DNA of 63,224 nt, the filler included, from Octopus bimaculoides (taxonomy: Eukaryota): NCBI RefSeq assembly GCF_001194135.2. It is 6 parts of 6 records of this genome, joined end to end, with 100 filler letters (N's around TTAATTAATTAA, not from the genome) between each part and the next. Parts side by side here need not be neighbours in the genome. Positions count along the whole stretch, not along the records: positions 1 to 15,441 come from NC_068996.1; positions 15,542 to 44,313 come from NC_068989.1; positions 44,414 to 56,083 come from NC_068988.1; 3 more parts are not named here. The stretch is one strand, 5' to 3'. Under the pieces are notes generated by a model. It was not told the DNA's origin. It did not search any database and saw only the letters and a program-made list of their open reading frames with translations. Position 1 is the first letter of the stretch. Every line of letters starts with the position of its first letter. Of the stretch, positions 10,878 to 44,508 are shown in pieces. The position numbers were made by a program, and so were the translations under genes.

Positions 10878-12480
10878 AATGGTTTCAAATTTTGGCACAA
10901 GACCAGCAGAGATTTGGGGGAGGTGCTAAGTCAATTATATCGAGCCCAGTGTTCAACTAGTGCTCATTTTATTGACCCCAAAAGGATGAAAGGCAAAGTT
11001 GGCCTTGGTAGAATTTGAACTCACAATATATGATGGATGAAGTGCCACCAGGCATTCTGCCTGGCGTGCCAACAGGTCTTCCAGTTCACTGCCTCAATGA
11101 TGTTGATGATGATGATGATGATAATAATAATAATAATCTTTCTACTAAAGACACAAGGCCCGAAATTTTGGGGGAGTTGACAAGTCGATAACATCAACCC
11201 CAGTACATGCCTAGTACTTAGTTTATCGACCCTGAAAGGATGAAAGGCAAAGTTGACCTCGGTGGAATTTGAACTCAGAATATAAAGATGGATGAAATGC
11301 CGCTAAGCATTTTGTCTGGTGTGTTAACAATTCTGCCAGTTTGCTGCCCCTTTAATAATAATAATGATCATTTTTACAATAGGCACAAGGCCTGAAACTT
11401 TGTTGAAGGGGGCCAGTCGAATTCCTCGATCCCAGTGCTCAACTGATATTTATTGTAATGACCTAAATTGGAAGAAAAGCAAAAACTACCCAAGCGGAAT
11501 TGGAACTCAGAATGTAAGGATGGACGAAATGCCATTGAGCATTTTGCCCAGTGTGCTAATGATTCTACCAGCTTGCTGCCCTCTTGATTACAGCAACAAT
11601 AATAATAATGGTTTTACATTTTTGGCACAAGGCCAGCAGGTTTTGGAGGAAGGGTTAAGTTGATTATATTGACCCCAACTGGTCAACTGGTACTTGTTTC
11701 ATTGACCCCGAAAGGATGAAAGGCAAAGTCAACCTTGGTGGAATTATAATTCAAAACAAAAGATAGACTAAACATAACTAAAAATTTTGTCTGCAGTGCT
11801 AACAATTCTGCCAGCTCACTGTCTCAATGATAATAATAATAATAATAGTTTCAAATTTTGGACAAGGCTGAAAATTACAGGAGTGGGGGTTCGTGGATTA
11901 AATCCATCCCAGTGCTCAACTGGTACTTCTTTTAGCGATCCCAAAAAGATGAAAGGCAAAATCAACCTCAATGGTATTTGAACTCAGATGGATGAAATCT
12001 GTTAAGCATTTTCTCTGCTGTGCTAATGATTCTGCCAGCTTGCTGTCTTGATTTTAATAGTGATAATGGTTTCAAATTTTAGTACAAGGTCAGTAAATTC
12101 AGGGAATGGGTAAGTTGATTATATATCAACCCTAGTGATCAACTGGTATTTATTGTATCGACTCTAAAGGGATGAAAGGCAAAGTTGACCTTGGTGGAAT
12201 CTGAACTCAGAACATCAAGACAGATGAACTGTTGCTAAGCATTCTGTCCAGTGAGCCAACGATTCTGGCAGCTCAACCTCTTGGTTAACAACAACAATAA
12301 TCCTTTCAACTATAGGCACAAGATCTGAAATTTTGGGGTAGGGGGCTAGCTGATTACATTGGCCCCATTAACTGGTATTTAATTTATAAACCCTGAAGAG
12401 ATGAAAGGCAAAGTTGACATCAGTGGAATTTGAACTCAGAACTAAGCATTTTGTCCAGTGTGCTAATGACTCCACCAACA
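10878..12480 (-). mobile_element. Head-to-tail array of about 7 tRNA-derived SINE copies
   Basis: Repeated ...gaccccgaaaggatgaaaggcaaag...gaatttgaactcagaa...ctaagcatttt... separated by (AAT)n. Confidence 0.9.
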
Positions 12481-12619
12481 ATAATTTACAAAGATTGACA
12501 TAACTCTTCACAAAGGTAAATAGACAATAAGAAGAGCATGATGCAATTTGTAACAGAGATTGTTCATTTTATAGAACAATGCTGGACAATATTTTAACAG
12601 ATCAGCTGTTTTCTTCAAG

Positions 12620-13165
12620 GACAAAATGTAAAATGAAAAAAAAATACACACAGAAACACAAAATATAAACAAGGAAATCCTGAGTTTGTTTTTTTTTAGA
12701 TAAAATGACATCATCAGTTTTCACATTCTGAACTAGTAACAAGGAAAAAGAAAAAGAAAAAAAATGACAGGTGAAATTCATCACATTTTACATAAAACTG
12801 TTTGACAAAGTATTCTTTTTTCCTGTTATTTTCTTTCTTTCTTTTTCCTTGTTACCAGTTGGTAGTCTATTGGTATCTAATGATGACAGTGCATGTGACT
12901 CTGCAGTCCAAAGCTGGAAGCACACAGGCACGCACAGATATCACAGCGATAGTCTGTTGACTGGATTGAGGCAGATGCTGCCCTGTGAAGTCTTTCTCTT
13001 GCAGCATCAAGATGATGTTACTGGTCCTCTTTAAGAGCAGCTGCTGTTTGTGAGGTAAGAGACTTCCTTGTTGATTTGTTACCAGTTCTCAAAGTGAAAA
13101 ACTGATGATGTCATTTTATCTAAATTTTGAATTTCTGTGGTTTTTAAATTTTTTTGTCTTACATT
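12620..13165. repeat. Fold-back element interrupted by an RTE fragment
   Basis: tagataaaatgacatcatcagttt / aaactgatgatgtcattttatcta, plus inner inverted aaggaaaaagaaaaag / ctttctttttcctt. Confidence 0.75.
12861..13075 (-). mobile_element. RTE LINE extreme 3' end with C2H2 zinc finger, 12-bp TSD
   Basis: DYRCDICACLCASSFGLQSHMHCHH*; TSD ttgttaccagtt at 12849-12860 and 13076-13087. Confidence 0.8.
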
Positions 13166-13189
13166 TTGTACCTGGATGATGAAGAATTA

Positions 13190-14500
13190 TTATTATTTAG
13201 CATGCTGGACAAAATGCTTAGTGGCATTTATTCTGACTTAATGTCCTGAGGTGGATTTTGTCTTTCATTCTTTCAGGGTTGATAAAATAATCACCAGCTG
13301 AGCACTAGGGTCAAGGTAATCAACTAGTCCTCTACCCACAAACTTTAGGCCTTGTTCCTATAATAGAAAGGACTATCATCATCATTTAGAACACCAAAGG
13401 TAGTGATCTGACAGAACTGTTAGCGTAAAATGCTTAGTGGGATTTTATGTTTTGACATTATAAGTTTAAATTCTGCCAAGATGACTTTACCTTTCATCAT
13501 TTTGGGGGTCAATAAAAGAAGTATCAGCTGAACACAGGGGTTGATGTAATCAACTAGCCCATTCCCCCAAAATTTCAGGCTTTGTGCTTATAGTACAAAG
13601 GATTATTTAGCATGCCAGATTAAATGCTTAGCAAGCATTTAATCTGGCTTAACATTCTGAGTTCAAAGATTGCTGAGGCTGACACTGCTTTCATCCTTTT
13701 AGGAGTCAATAAAATAAATATCAGTTAAGTCTGGGGTCCATGTAATTGAATAGACCCTTCTGACAAAATTTAATGTCTTGTGCCTAAAGTAGAAGGGATT
13801 ATTAATATTATCATTACTATTATTATTATCATTATTATTATTATTAATTCTGCTGAGGTTGACTTTGCCTTTCAACCTTTCGGGGTCAATTGGAAAAGTA
13901 CCAGTGGAACACTGGAGTCGATGTAATTGACTAGTCCCCACCCCCAAATTCCAGGCCTTGTGCCTTCAGTAGAAGGGATTATTATTGTAAGGGTAGCAAT
14001 CTGGCAGGATGGTTAGCATGCTGGACAAAATGCATAATATCTCTTCATCTGTCTTTATGTTCTGAGTTCAAATTCTGCCAAGGTCTACTTTGTCTTTCGG
14101 CCTGTTGGGGGTTAATAGAATAAGTAGCAATCGAGCACTGGGGATCTTGATGTAATCGATTAGTCCCCACTCCCCAGAATTTCAACTCTTGTGTTTATAG
14201 CAGTAACAACAACAACAGGAAAAAAAAAAAAAAAAAAATTCAAATTTTGGTGCAAGGCCAGCAATTTAGGGGGAGGGGTAAGTCAGTTACATTGATCCCA
14301 GTGCATAACTGGTACTTATTTTATTGACCCCCGAAAGGATGAAAGGCAAACTCAACCCTGGCAGAATTTAAACTCGAGGTTTCATCCTTTGCCTTTCATC
14401 CTTTTGGGGGTCAATAACATAGGTACCAGTCAAGTGCTGTGGGTTGGGGTGTCAATGTAATCAACTAGTGCCACTGTACCCAAAATTTCAGTTCTTGTGA
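13190..14500 (+). mobile_element. Array of the same tRNA-derived SINE, mostly in opposite orientation to 10878-12480
   Basis: Repeated ttctgagttcaaattc...gactttgcctttcatcc..ggggtcaataaaataagtacc; one embedded reverse copy near 14230-14380. Confidence 0.85.
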
Positions 14501-14513
14501 TTATAGCAGAAAC

Positions 14514-14548
<35 letters not shown>

Positions 14549-14766
14549 ACCAAACTCAGACTTTTTTAACAGATGTAAGAAAACTTGAGAAAACTTATAA
14601 TAGGTTTTGATGTTATTAAACATTTTGGTAAGAGATAGGTCTTTGATTTGTTGTATTGTTGTTGAGTTTTTCATGTAATTTTTTTTTTTTACCCCCTTCA
14701 AGAATTCCTAGGTGAAAGAGCAATATAGCCACAGATTTTTCTGTTTGTAACAAAGTACGATTCAGT

Positions 14767-14928
14767 TTATAAAATTTGCTTGGTCAGCCAGCCAGGTTGT
14801 TGGTCAGCTGCGTCAGTCATCTGTTCTCTGTCCTCGACCAAACTGTGCCGACTGGAACCAGGAGGACTGCTAACACCGCTGCTGTTATTTGATCCTATGG
14901 ACATCCTCCAACATGGAAATCCAGATTC
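14767..14928 (-). CDS. Possible terminal coding exon of the ATP13A gene (ESGFPCWRM...PGWLTKQIL*)
   Basis: Strong acceptor tttttgctttttatttttag followed by a 53-codon open frame in non-repeat-looking, higher-GC sequence. No recognisable motif; could instead be a decayed LINE piece. Confidence 0.25.
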   Translation of the reverse strand, partial: ESGFPCWRMSIGSNNSSGVSSPPGSSRHSLVEDREQMTDAADQQPGWLTKQIL

Positions 14929-15337
14929 CTAAAAATAAAAAGCAAAAATTCTGGAATCACTAAATACCAAACTCAAATTTTAACAGGTTACTTATTAGAG
15001 TTAGTAGAAAGAGCCAAGTTAAAGAAAGAGAGCAATTATTATGTAGAGGTATTCTCAAGATGCTGGAGGGGTTGTATGGTTAGTTTGCTTCCCAACTACA
15101 TAGTTTCAGGTTCAGTTCCACTGCATGGCACCTTGGGCAAGTGTCTTCTACTATAGCCATGGGTCAACCAAAGCCTTCTCAATAGATTCAGTAGATGGAA
15201 ACTGAGAGAAGCCCACCCAAGCATAAAACTAATACATCTTGTTGTTCCCTCACCTGTCTCTGTCTTTCGTCTTCTGTACACTTGAACCATATATATACAT
15301 ATATATACGTGTGTTTGGGTGCGTGTGTGTATATACA

Positions 15338-15428
15338 TCTCTATATATAAAGATGATGCGTAGTCTAGACGGCATTTTTAGATTTCATTATTCTCTTTAA
15401 CCCGGGCAACACCGGGTATTTCTGCTAG
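15338..15428 (+). mobile_element. Miniature non-autonomous Helitron-like element
   Basis: A|TCTCTATATATAAAG 5' end, subterminal hairpin acccgggcaacaccgggt, CTAG|T 3' end, no TSD. Confidence 0.75.
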
Positions 15429-15541
15429 TATATATATATAANNNNNNNNNNNNNNNNNNNNNNNNNNNNNNNNNNNNNNNNNNNNTTAATTAATTAANNN
15501 NNNNNNNNNNNNNNNNNNNNNNNNNNNNNNNNNNNNNNNNN

Positions 15542-15734
15542 TCATCACTACAAGAAATAGAGACTGTTTTAGCTGAAGAATGGACAAAAATTCCTTTGGA
15601 AACAATTCAAACTTTGTACGAGTCCATACCTCATAGAATTCAAGCTGCTATTACTGCCAAAGGCGGTCCTACCCCTTATTAAAATATATTTGTTTGAAAT
15701 TTTAAGGTGTTTCCATTATTTTGTCCAGCCCCTG

Positions 15735-15735
<1 letters not shown>
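15542..15735 (+). mobile_element. Tc1 transposon 3' end
   Basis: LAEEWTKIPLETIQTLYESIPHRIQAAITAKGGPTPY* then TIR ...ttttgtccagcccctg-TA. Confidence 0.85.
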
Positions 15736-15766
<31 letters not shown>

Positions 15767-16539
15767 CACACATATACAAATATATTTAACAAGATCATGT
15801 ACACTTAAACATAGAAATACCTTCACTGCAGGAACTGTCTCAGATGTAAGATTCTCCTTTTGGACAATATAAGTGAAAACACATCAAGCTGGGTAGTGAA
15901 GGTCATCATTAGTCAGTAGAACACATGTTTCTGTCTCGTTATACAGACATCATATCTGTTATACAAAGCCTATAGCTGGCATGAATATAAGTGTACACAT
16001 GCTATATCTATAACTAATTAATTCCAGCTTGGCAAAGCTTTGCACACACCAGCAAATTTATTATTTGCTGATTGCATCTGCAACTTTCTGCCAATTAAAA
16101 TGTGTGTGTGTGTGTGTGTGTGCATATATGTATATACATATATATATATATATTTATATATATAAACACTTCATTTAATTCCATATTCCATGCTACATAT
16201 ATACATATGTATATATACACATATATGTGTGTGCATGTATATTTGCATGCACGCACACACAGTTAATTAAATCTCAAAAAAATGTATCACTTTCTAACTT
16301 CTAGAGAAACATTCAATTTAATTTTCTCCAACCCCTCAACCATTATCAACATAGTCATCATCATCATTATTTTACTGTTTACCTTCTCCCCACCCCCCAC
16401 AGCATCCAATCAGGCATGTTTCACATATCATATGATCTCATCTGTGAAGTCTGCATTCTAACTACTTCATTCTACAATTTTCTACAATCTACCTCTCTCT
16501 ACTCCCAGGTTCTGTCTGAAACACCAACTTCTCTTTGTT

Positions 16540-16575
<36 letters not shown>

Positions 16576-16694
16576 TCTAGTCACTGTTCATACCTTATGT
16601 TTACACTAGAGTAGTTGTCTCTCTTTCATGCATACTTTAGCTTCCTCTCTCACATCTCAATCTTCTCTCTTTCCATATATATAATCATATAAAT

Positions 16695-17075
16695 ATCATC
16701 ATCATCGTCATCATCAGCGTTTAACATCCGCTTTCCATGCTGACATGGGTTGGACAGTTTGACTAGGACTGGCAAGCCAGATGGCTGCACCAGGCTCCAA
16801 TCTGATCTGGCAGAGTTTCTACAGCTGGATGCCCTTCCTAATGCCAACCACTCCGAGAGTGTAGTGCTTTTACATGCCACTGGCACAAGGGCCAGTCAGA
16901 TGGTACTGGCAATGGCCACGCTCAAATGGTGTTTTTTATGTGCCACCTGCACAGGAGCCAGCCCAGCGGCACTGGCAATGACCTCACTAGAATGTTGTTT
17001 TTCAAGTGCCACCAGCACAAGTGCCAGTAAAGCAACGCTGGTAATGATCACGTTCGAATGGTGCTTTTTATGTGC

Positions 17076-17080
<5 letters not shown>
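16695..17080 (-). mobile_element. RTE 3' UTR-only copy with about 57-bp internal tandem repeats
   Basis: Same sequence as the 3' UTR of the LINEs at 2960 and 34560; related copies at 22735-23210, 20740-20940 and 29330-29720. Confidence 0.75.
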
Positions 17081-17134
<54 letters not shown>

Positions 17135-17299
17135 CATATATGCACATGCGCCCCAGCATTGCTGCAGTCTAATGATTGAAACAAGTAAAAGAATAAAAGA
17201 ATATGTACATATCCACCTAAGCACTGTATAGAATAAGTTCATTATTATCATTATTTTGGTTTGGCTCAGGTCCAGTCTTATTCCTGGTACCCACAAGTT

Positions 17300-17620
17300 T
17301 TCAGTAGTCTTTCAAGTGCTTAGAACCCTCCTGATAATCCTTGCTTTCCCTAAGTGACAAACTTTCTGTAGAAGCCCCACCAGGCTTTCTATTGCAATTT
17401 CCTTCAGCCAGTAGTCTATACTTTGACTTACTGCTCCCAATGCACCAATTATTATAGGCATGACTTTTACTGTTCGCATGTTCCAAAGTCTTCCTATTTC
17501 AAATTTTAAGGGATTGTAATTTTTTCATTTTTCTTCCTCTTTCTTTACAATCCTGGAATCAAAACAACATGATGAGTTGATAATAAGCAACTTCGTTTTC
17601 CCTTATCTGTAACTGTCATG
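17300..17620 (-). mobile_element. 3' end of an RLE-endonuclease non-LTR retrotransposon (R4/Dong/CRE-like)
   Basis: FDSRIVKKEEEK...LKFEIGRLWNMRTVKVMPIIIGALGAV...LLQKVCHLGKARIIRRVLST*; frame differs from the one in the ORF track. Confidence 0.75.
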
Positions 17621-18242
17621 TCACTTTCCCTTATCTATAATTGTTATAGGTTATCACTATTATTATTTTTATGAATATTATTATTATCCTTATATAAGGC
17701 GGTGAGCTGGCAGAATAGTTAGCATGCTGGGCAAAATGCTGAGCAGTATTTTGCCCATCATTACATTCTGAGTTCAAATTCTGCCGAGGTCAACAGGACC
17801 TTTTATCCTTTCGGAGTTAATAGATTAAGTACCAGTGAAACACTGGAGTTGATGTAATCAACTAATCTCCTCCCTCGAAATTTCATGCTTTGTGCCTATA
17901 GTAGAAAGGATTATTATTATTATTATTATTATATAAGGTGGTGAGCTGGTAGAATCATTAGCATGCAGGCCAAAATGCTTAGCAGCATTTCGTTGGTCTT
18001 CAAGTTCTGATTCAAATGCTACCGAGATTGAGTTTGGACAGTGTGAAGATAGGCATGCTGGGGTACCACCTTGAAAGCTTTTTTTTTGTCAAGTGAATTG
18101 ACCCCAATACTTGATTTCCTAAAGCCTGGTACTGACCTTATTCTACCAATCTCATTTGCTGAATTGTTAAGTTATGGGGATGTAAACAAAGCAACACTGG
18201 TTGTGAAGCAATGGTGGGTGACAACACATAGGCATGCATGCA

Positions 18243-18298
<56 letters not shown>

Positions 18299-20037
18299 TA
18301 ATTCTGTCCCCTATCAAACTCTCCCACCGCCCATCTTTCCTACACACCCATTATCCACTCACATGCCTATCCCCACACTGTCCATGCTTTCACATATCTA
18401 CATAAAAAGGTGTAAAGACCCCGCTTCAGTCATGAATGACCATGGGATTGCACCTAGAAAGTCCAGGCAAGGTTGTTTATGGAAGACCAGCAATTGCCCA
18501 TGCATACCAGCCTCTCCTCTCAATGTTATCCGAGGAAAAGACAAAGGCCAATAAACTTTGGCACCAGCGACATCACAACTCATTTCTACAGCTGAGTGAA
18601 CTGGAGCAACATTAAATAAAGTGTCTTGCTCAAGAACACAACATACAGTCTGGTCTGAAAATCAAACTCACTACCTCATGATTGTGAGCTGATGCTCTAG
18701 CCACTGAGCCACTCCCTTCCAATTCCTTTCACACTGTCACTTGCCACATATCTACCATACCTCTCTCCCAGCCACCACAACTGTCACTGTCACAGCCACC
18801 ACCATCATCATCATCATCTAATGTCTGTGATCCATGCTGGTATTGCTTGGACAATTTGACAGGATCTGATGGCATGGTTTTCTTCTAGTTGGATGCCCTT
18901 TCTAACACCAACCACTTTACAGCATGTGGTGGGTACTTTTTATGTGCCACCAGCTCTAGTGAGGTTGCCATGCAGCTTGCAAGATTATGAAACAGAGGTG
19001 GGGGTAGTTCTGCAAGAAGATGGGGGTTAAGGTATGAGAAGTGGGTGAGGTATGAGAGAAAGGATATTAGGAATCTTTTATCTTTTACTTGTTTCAGTCA
19101 TGTGACTGCAGCTATGCTGGAGCACCACCTTGAAGGGTTTTAGTCGAACATATCAACCCCAGGACTTAACTTTTTTTTTTTACAGCCAAGTAATTATTCC
19201 ATGGGANNNNNNNNNNNNNNNNNNNNNNNNNNNNNNNNNNNNNNNNNNNNNNNNNNNNNNNNNNNNNNNNNNNNNNNNNNNNNNNNNNNNNNNNNNNNNN
19301 NNNNNNNNNNNNNNNNNNNNNNNNNNNNNNNNNNNNNNNNNNNNNNNNNNNNNNNNNNNNNNNNNNNNNNNNNNNNNNNNNNNNNNNNNNNNNNNNNNNN
19401 NNNNNNNNNNNNNNNNNNNNNNNNNNNNNNNNNNNNNNNNNNNNNNNNNNNNNNNNNNNNNNNNNNNNNNNNNNNNNNNNNNNNNNNNNNNNNNNNNNNN
19501 NNNNNNNNNNNNNNNNNNNNNNNNNNNNNNNNNNNNNNNNNNNNNNNNNNNNNNNNNNNNNNNNNNNNNNNNNNNNNNNNNNNNNNNNNNNNNNNNNNNN
19601 NNNNNNNNNNNNNNNNNNNNNNNNNNNNNNNNNNNNNNNNNNNNNNNNNNNNNNNNNNNNNNNNNNNNNNNNNNNNNNNNNNNNNNNNNNNNNNNNNNNN
19701 NNNNNNNNNNNNNNNNNNNNNNNNNNNNNNNNNNNNNNNNNNNNNNNNNNNNNNNNNNNNNNNNNNNNNNNNNNNNNNNNNNNNNNNNNNNNNNNNNNNN
19801 NNNNNNNNNNNNNNNNNNNNNNNNNNNNNNNNNNNNNNNNNNNNNNNNNNNNNNNNNNNNNNNNNATGCCTGTTCCTATAAGAGTAAGAGAGAAGAAAAA
19901 AAAAAACTCTTCACATATTTTCTAGGGGTATATGCTGCATTTTCCTATGTCCATAAACTGAAAAAGAGAAAAACAAACAAAAGGCTTCCAGCCTCAATCA
20001 AAGATCATATTTTATAAATTTCTCAAGTATAACTTAC

Positions 20038-42199
<22,162 letters not shown>

Positions 42200-42924
42200 C
42201 TGTAAAAGAGATAGAACCAAAATATAAGAAACAAATAATGAATTAAAAATTAAAATAACTGAACACTTAACTGATGGTATTTTAATTATGAGAAACTCTC
42301 ATTGCTGATGCTGTTTAACCCAAGGCCAGATCTGAACCACTAGACCTACAATCAAAAGTATTCCGTCAGTGATCTTTACATAATTGTTTTCAAACATAGA
42401 CATAGTGTATCTAAATATAGATTGGTGAAGGCATGTGGCTTAGTGGTTAGGGTATTCAGCTCATGGTTGTAATGTCATGAGTTCAATTCCAGGTGGTATA
42501 TTGTGTCCTTGAGCAAGACACTTAATTTCACATTACTCCAGTCAGCTCAGCTGGCAAAAGTGAGTAGTACCTGCATTTCAAAGGGCCAGCCTTGGCACAT
42601 TCTGTGTCACACTGAATCTCCCTGAGAACTACATTAAGGGTCCGTGTGTCTGTGGAGTGCTCAGTTACTTGCACATTAATTCTATGAACAGATCTTTCTG
42701 TAGATCAGATCAACTGGAACCTTTGTCATCATCTTATGTTCCCTGTTGACAATGTGTAGCCGACAATTGATGAAAGGTCTTTTCTCTGTGTTAACTTGTC
42801 CTGTTTTCTATTTTTTTCTCATTGTTTACATATTTTACTCATTTGTTTATGTATTTCATGTTATTTGCACCGTTGGTGACGTCCTGTACCCATATATGCA
42901 TGTGTGTGTGTGTGTGTGTGTATG

Positions 42925-42952
<28 letters not shown>

Positions 42953-42955
<3 letters not shown>

Positions 42956-43320
42956 TGTAGTGGGGTAGGTCAGTTTATGGGGTTACCCTGGGTTTCTCAC
43001 TCATAAGAAGATTAGCCTTATCGTGTATCTTCAGACCCTAAACACTGCTGGCATGAGACTTCTTTAAAATATGGAGGAGAAAAAGCCTCATTTTTAAGGG
43101 TAAAACCCTAGGTGATTATCTGCCATTGTCCATTGATCTTTGGCCAGGCTGCCATCTTGCAATCACCAAAGCACCATGAAGGTAAAAGATTGTCTCCCTT
43201 TGGCCTTAGCTACTGGTTTCCAGTTGTGGTGCCGCCATGCGAATTCCAGCCGTAAGTCTAAACTCCTTACAAGTGAGAAACCCAGGGTAACCCCATAAAC
43301 CAGCCTACCCCACTATAATA
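42953..43320. mobile_element. MITE with about 60-bp TIRs
   Basis: tattgtagtggggtaggtcagtttatggggttaccctgggtttctcact / agtgagaaacccagggtaaccccataaaccagcctaccccactataata. Confidence 0.85.
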
Positions 43321-44357
43321 GTAACTGCTCTGCATCTTAGAGTGTGCTTTTCCTCCAGATTTATGTATTTCTACAAATATATATATATATACATTACAAA
43401 TTTATACTTGTAATTTATACTTCATCCATTGTTCTCGTGGCAAAATTGTTAGCACATTGGATAGAAGGCTTAGTGGTATTTTACCAACTCTTTGCGTTCT
43501 GATGTAATTCCCCAAAGTCAATTTTGCCAATCACCCTTTCGGAGTTGATAAAATAAGCACCTGTCACATAATGGGGTCAATGTAATCGACTACAAACCCT
43601 GTCCTTTAACATTGCTAGCTTTGTGCTAAAACTAGGAAGCCGTTATTATTAATACTGATGCATCACTGAAGACTCTCTGTGAGTGCATGTGTACATGTGT
43701 CAGCATACACATGTACACATGTGTGTATGTGTATATGTCTGTATGTATGAAGTGTGCTCATATGTATGTGCGTGTGAGTGTTAACTTGAGTACTGATTTT
43801 CTTTATTTATCCCTTCACTTTTTGAAATTTCTTTTTTACTTTATCTTTCTGTTATTTGTCTCAGAAAAGAAAAACAGAGAGGAATCATCCATCCTCTGTG
43901 CTTTTGTGTAGCTGCTGTCATAGACACACAATCCCCACACACACCATATCAAATACTCAAGAAGCCTTATTGTATAAAATGTAGGGCTTAAATTAATGCT
44001 GACATTTGAAAAGTAAATATCTGTGTTTCTTTCTTTTTCGCTGTGAGACTTGGATTAAATCTATAAAAATTGATTCACACCAGCTGTTTCAGTTGTGGGT
44101 CGTTTCTTTTGTTAACTATACAAATGTCTTCCACTCAACAACCAAACCAAACAATGTTGTTACTAGAAGATAACTAGGTTAAAATTTGAAGGGTCTTCTG
44201 GTTTTTTTTTTAGGATATAATGTAAATATGTACAGTATACATACATAAATAAATAAATACATCTATGTGTAAAGAATGTGAGGGCCTGAGGGACACATCT
44301 CATACATTTTATCNNNNNNNNNNNNNNNNNNNNNNNNNNNNNNNNNNNNNNNNNNNN

Positions 44358-44369
44358 TTAATTAATTAA
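44358..44369. other. Artificial scaffold linker TTAATTAATTAA inside a 100-bp gap (also 15486, 56128, 60121, 61427)
   Basis: Always 44 N + 12-mer + 44 N; has stop codons in all six frames. Confidence 0.95.
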
Positions 44370-44413
44370 NNNNNNNNNNNNNNNNNNNNNNNNNNNNNNN
44401 NNNNNNNNNNNNN

Positions 44414-44447
<34 letters not shown>

Positions 44448-44461
44448 GTAGACAGATAGAT

Positions 44462-44508
<47 letters not shown>

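Noticed and set aside
10878-12480. Regularly spaced repeats resembling a CRISPR array
   Set aside because: Units are about 220-bp diverged SINEs with microsatellite linkers in eukaryotic DNA; no unique spacers and no cas genes.
15486-15497. TTAATTAATTAA palindrome recurring at 15486, 44358, 56128, 60121 and 61427
   Set aside because: Always centred in exactly 44 N + 12 + 44 N; an assembly linker, not biological.
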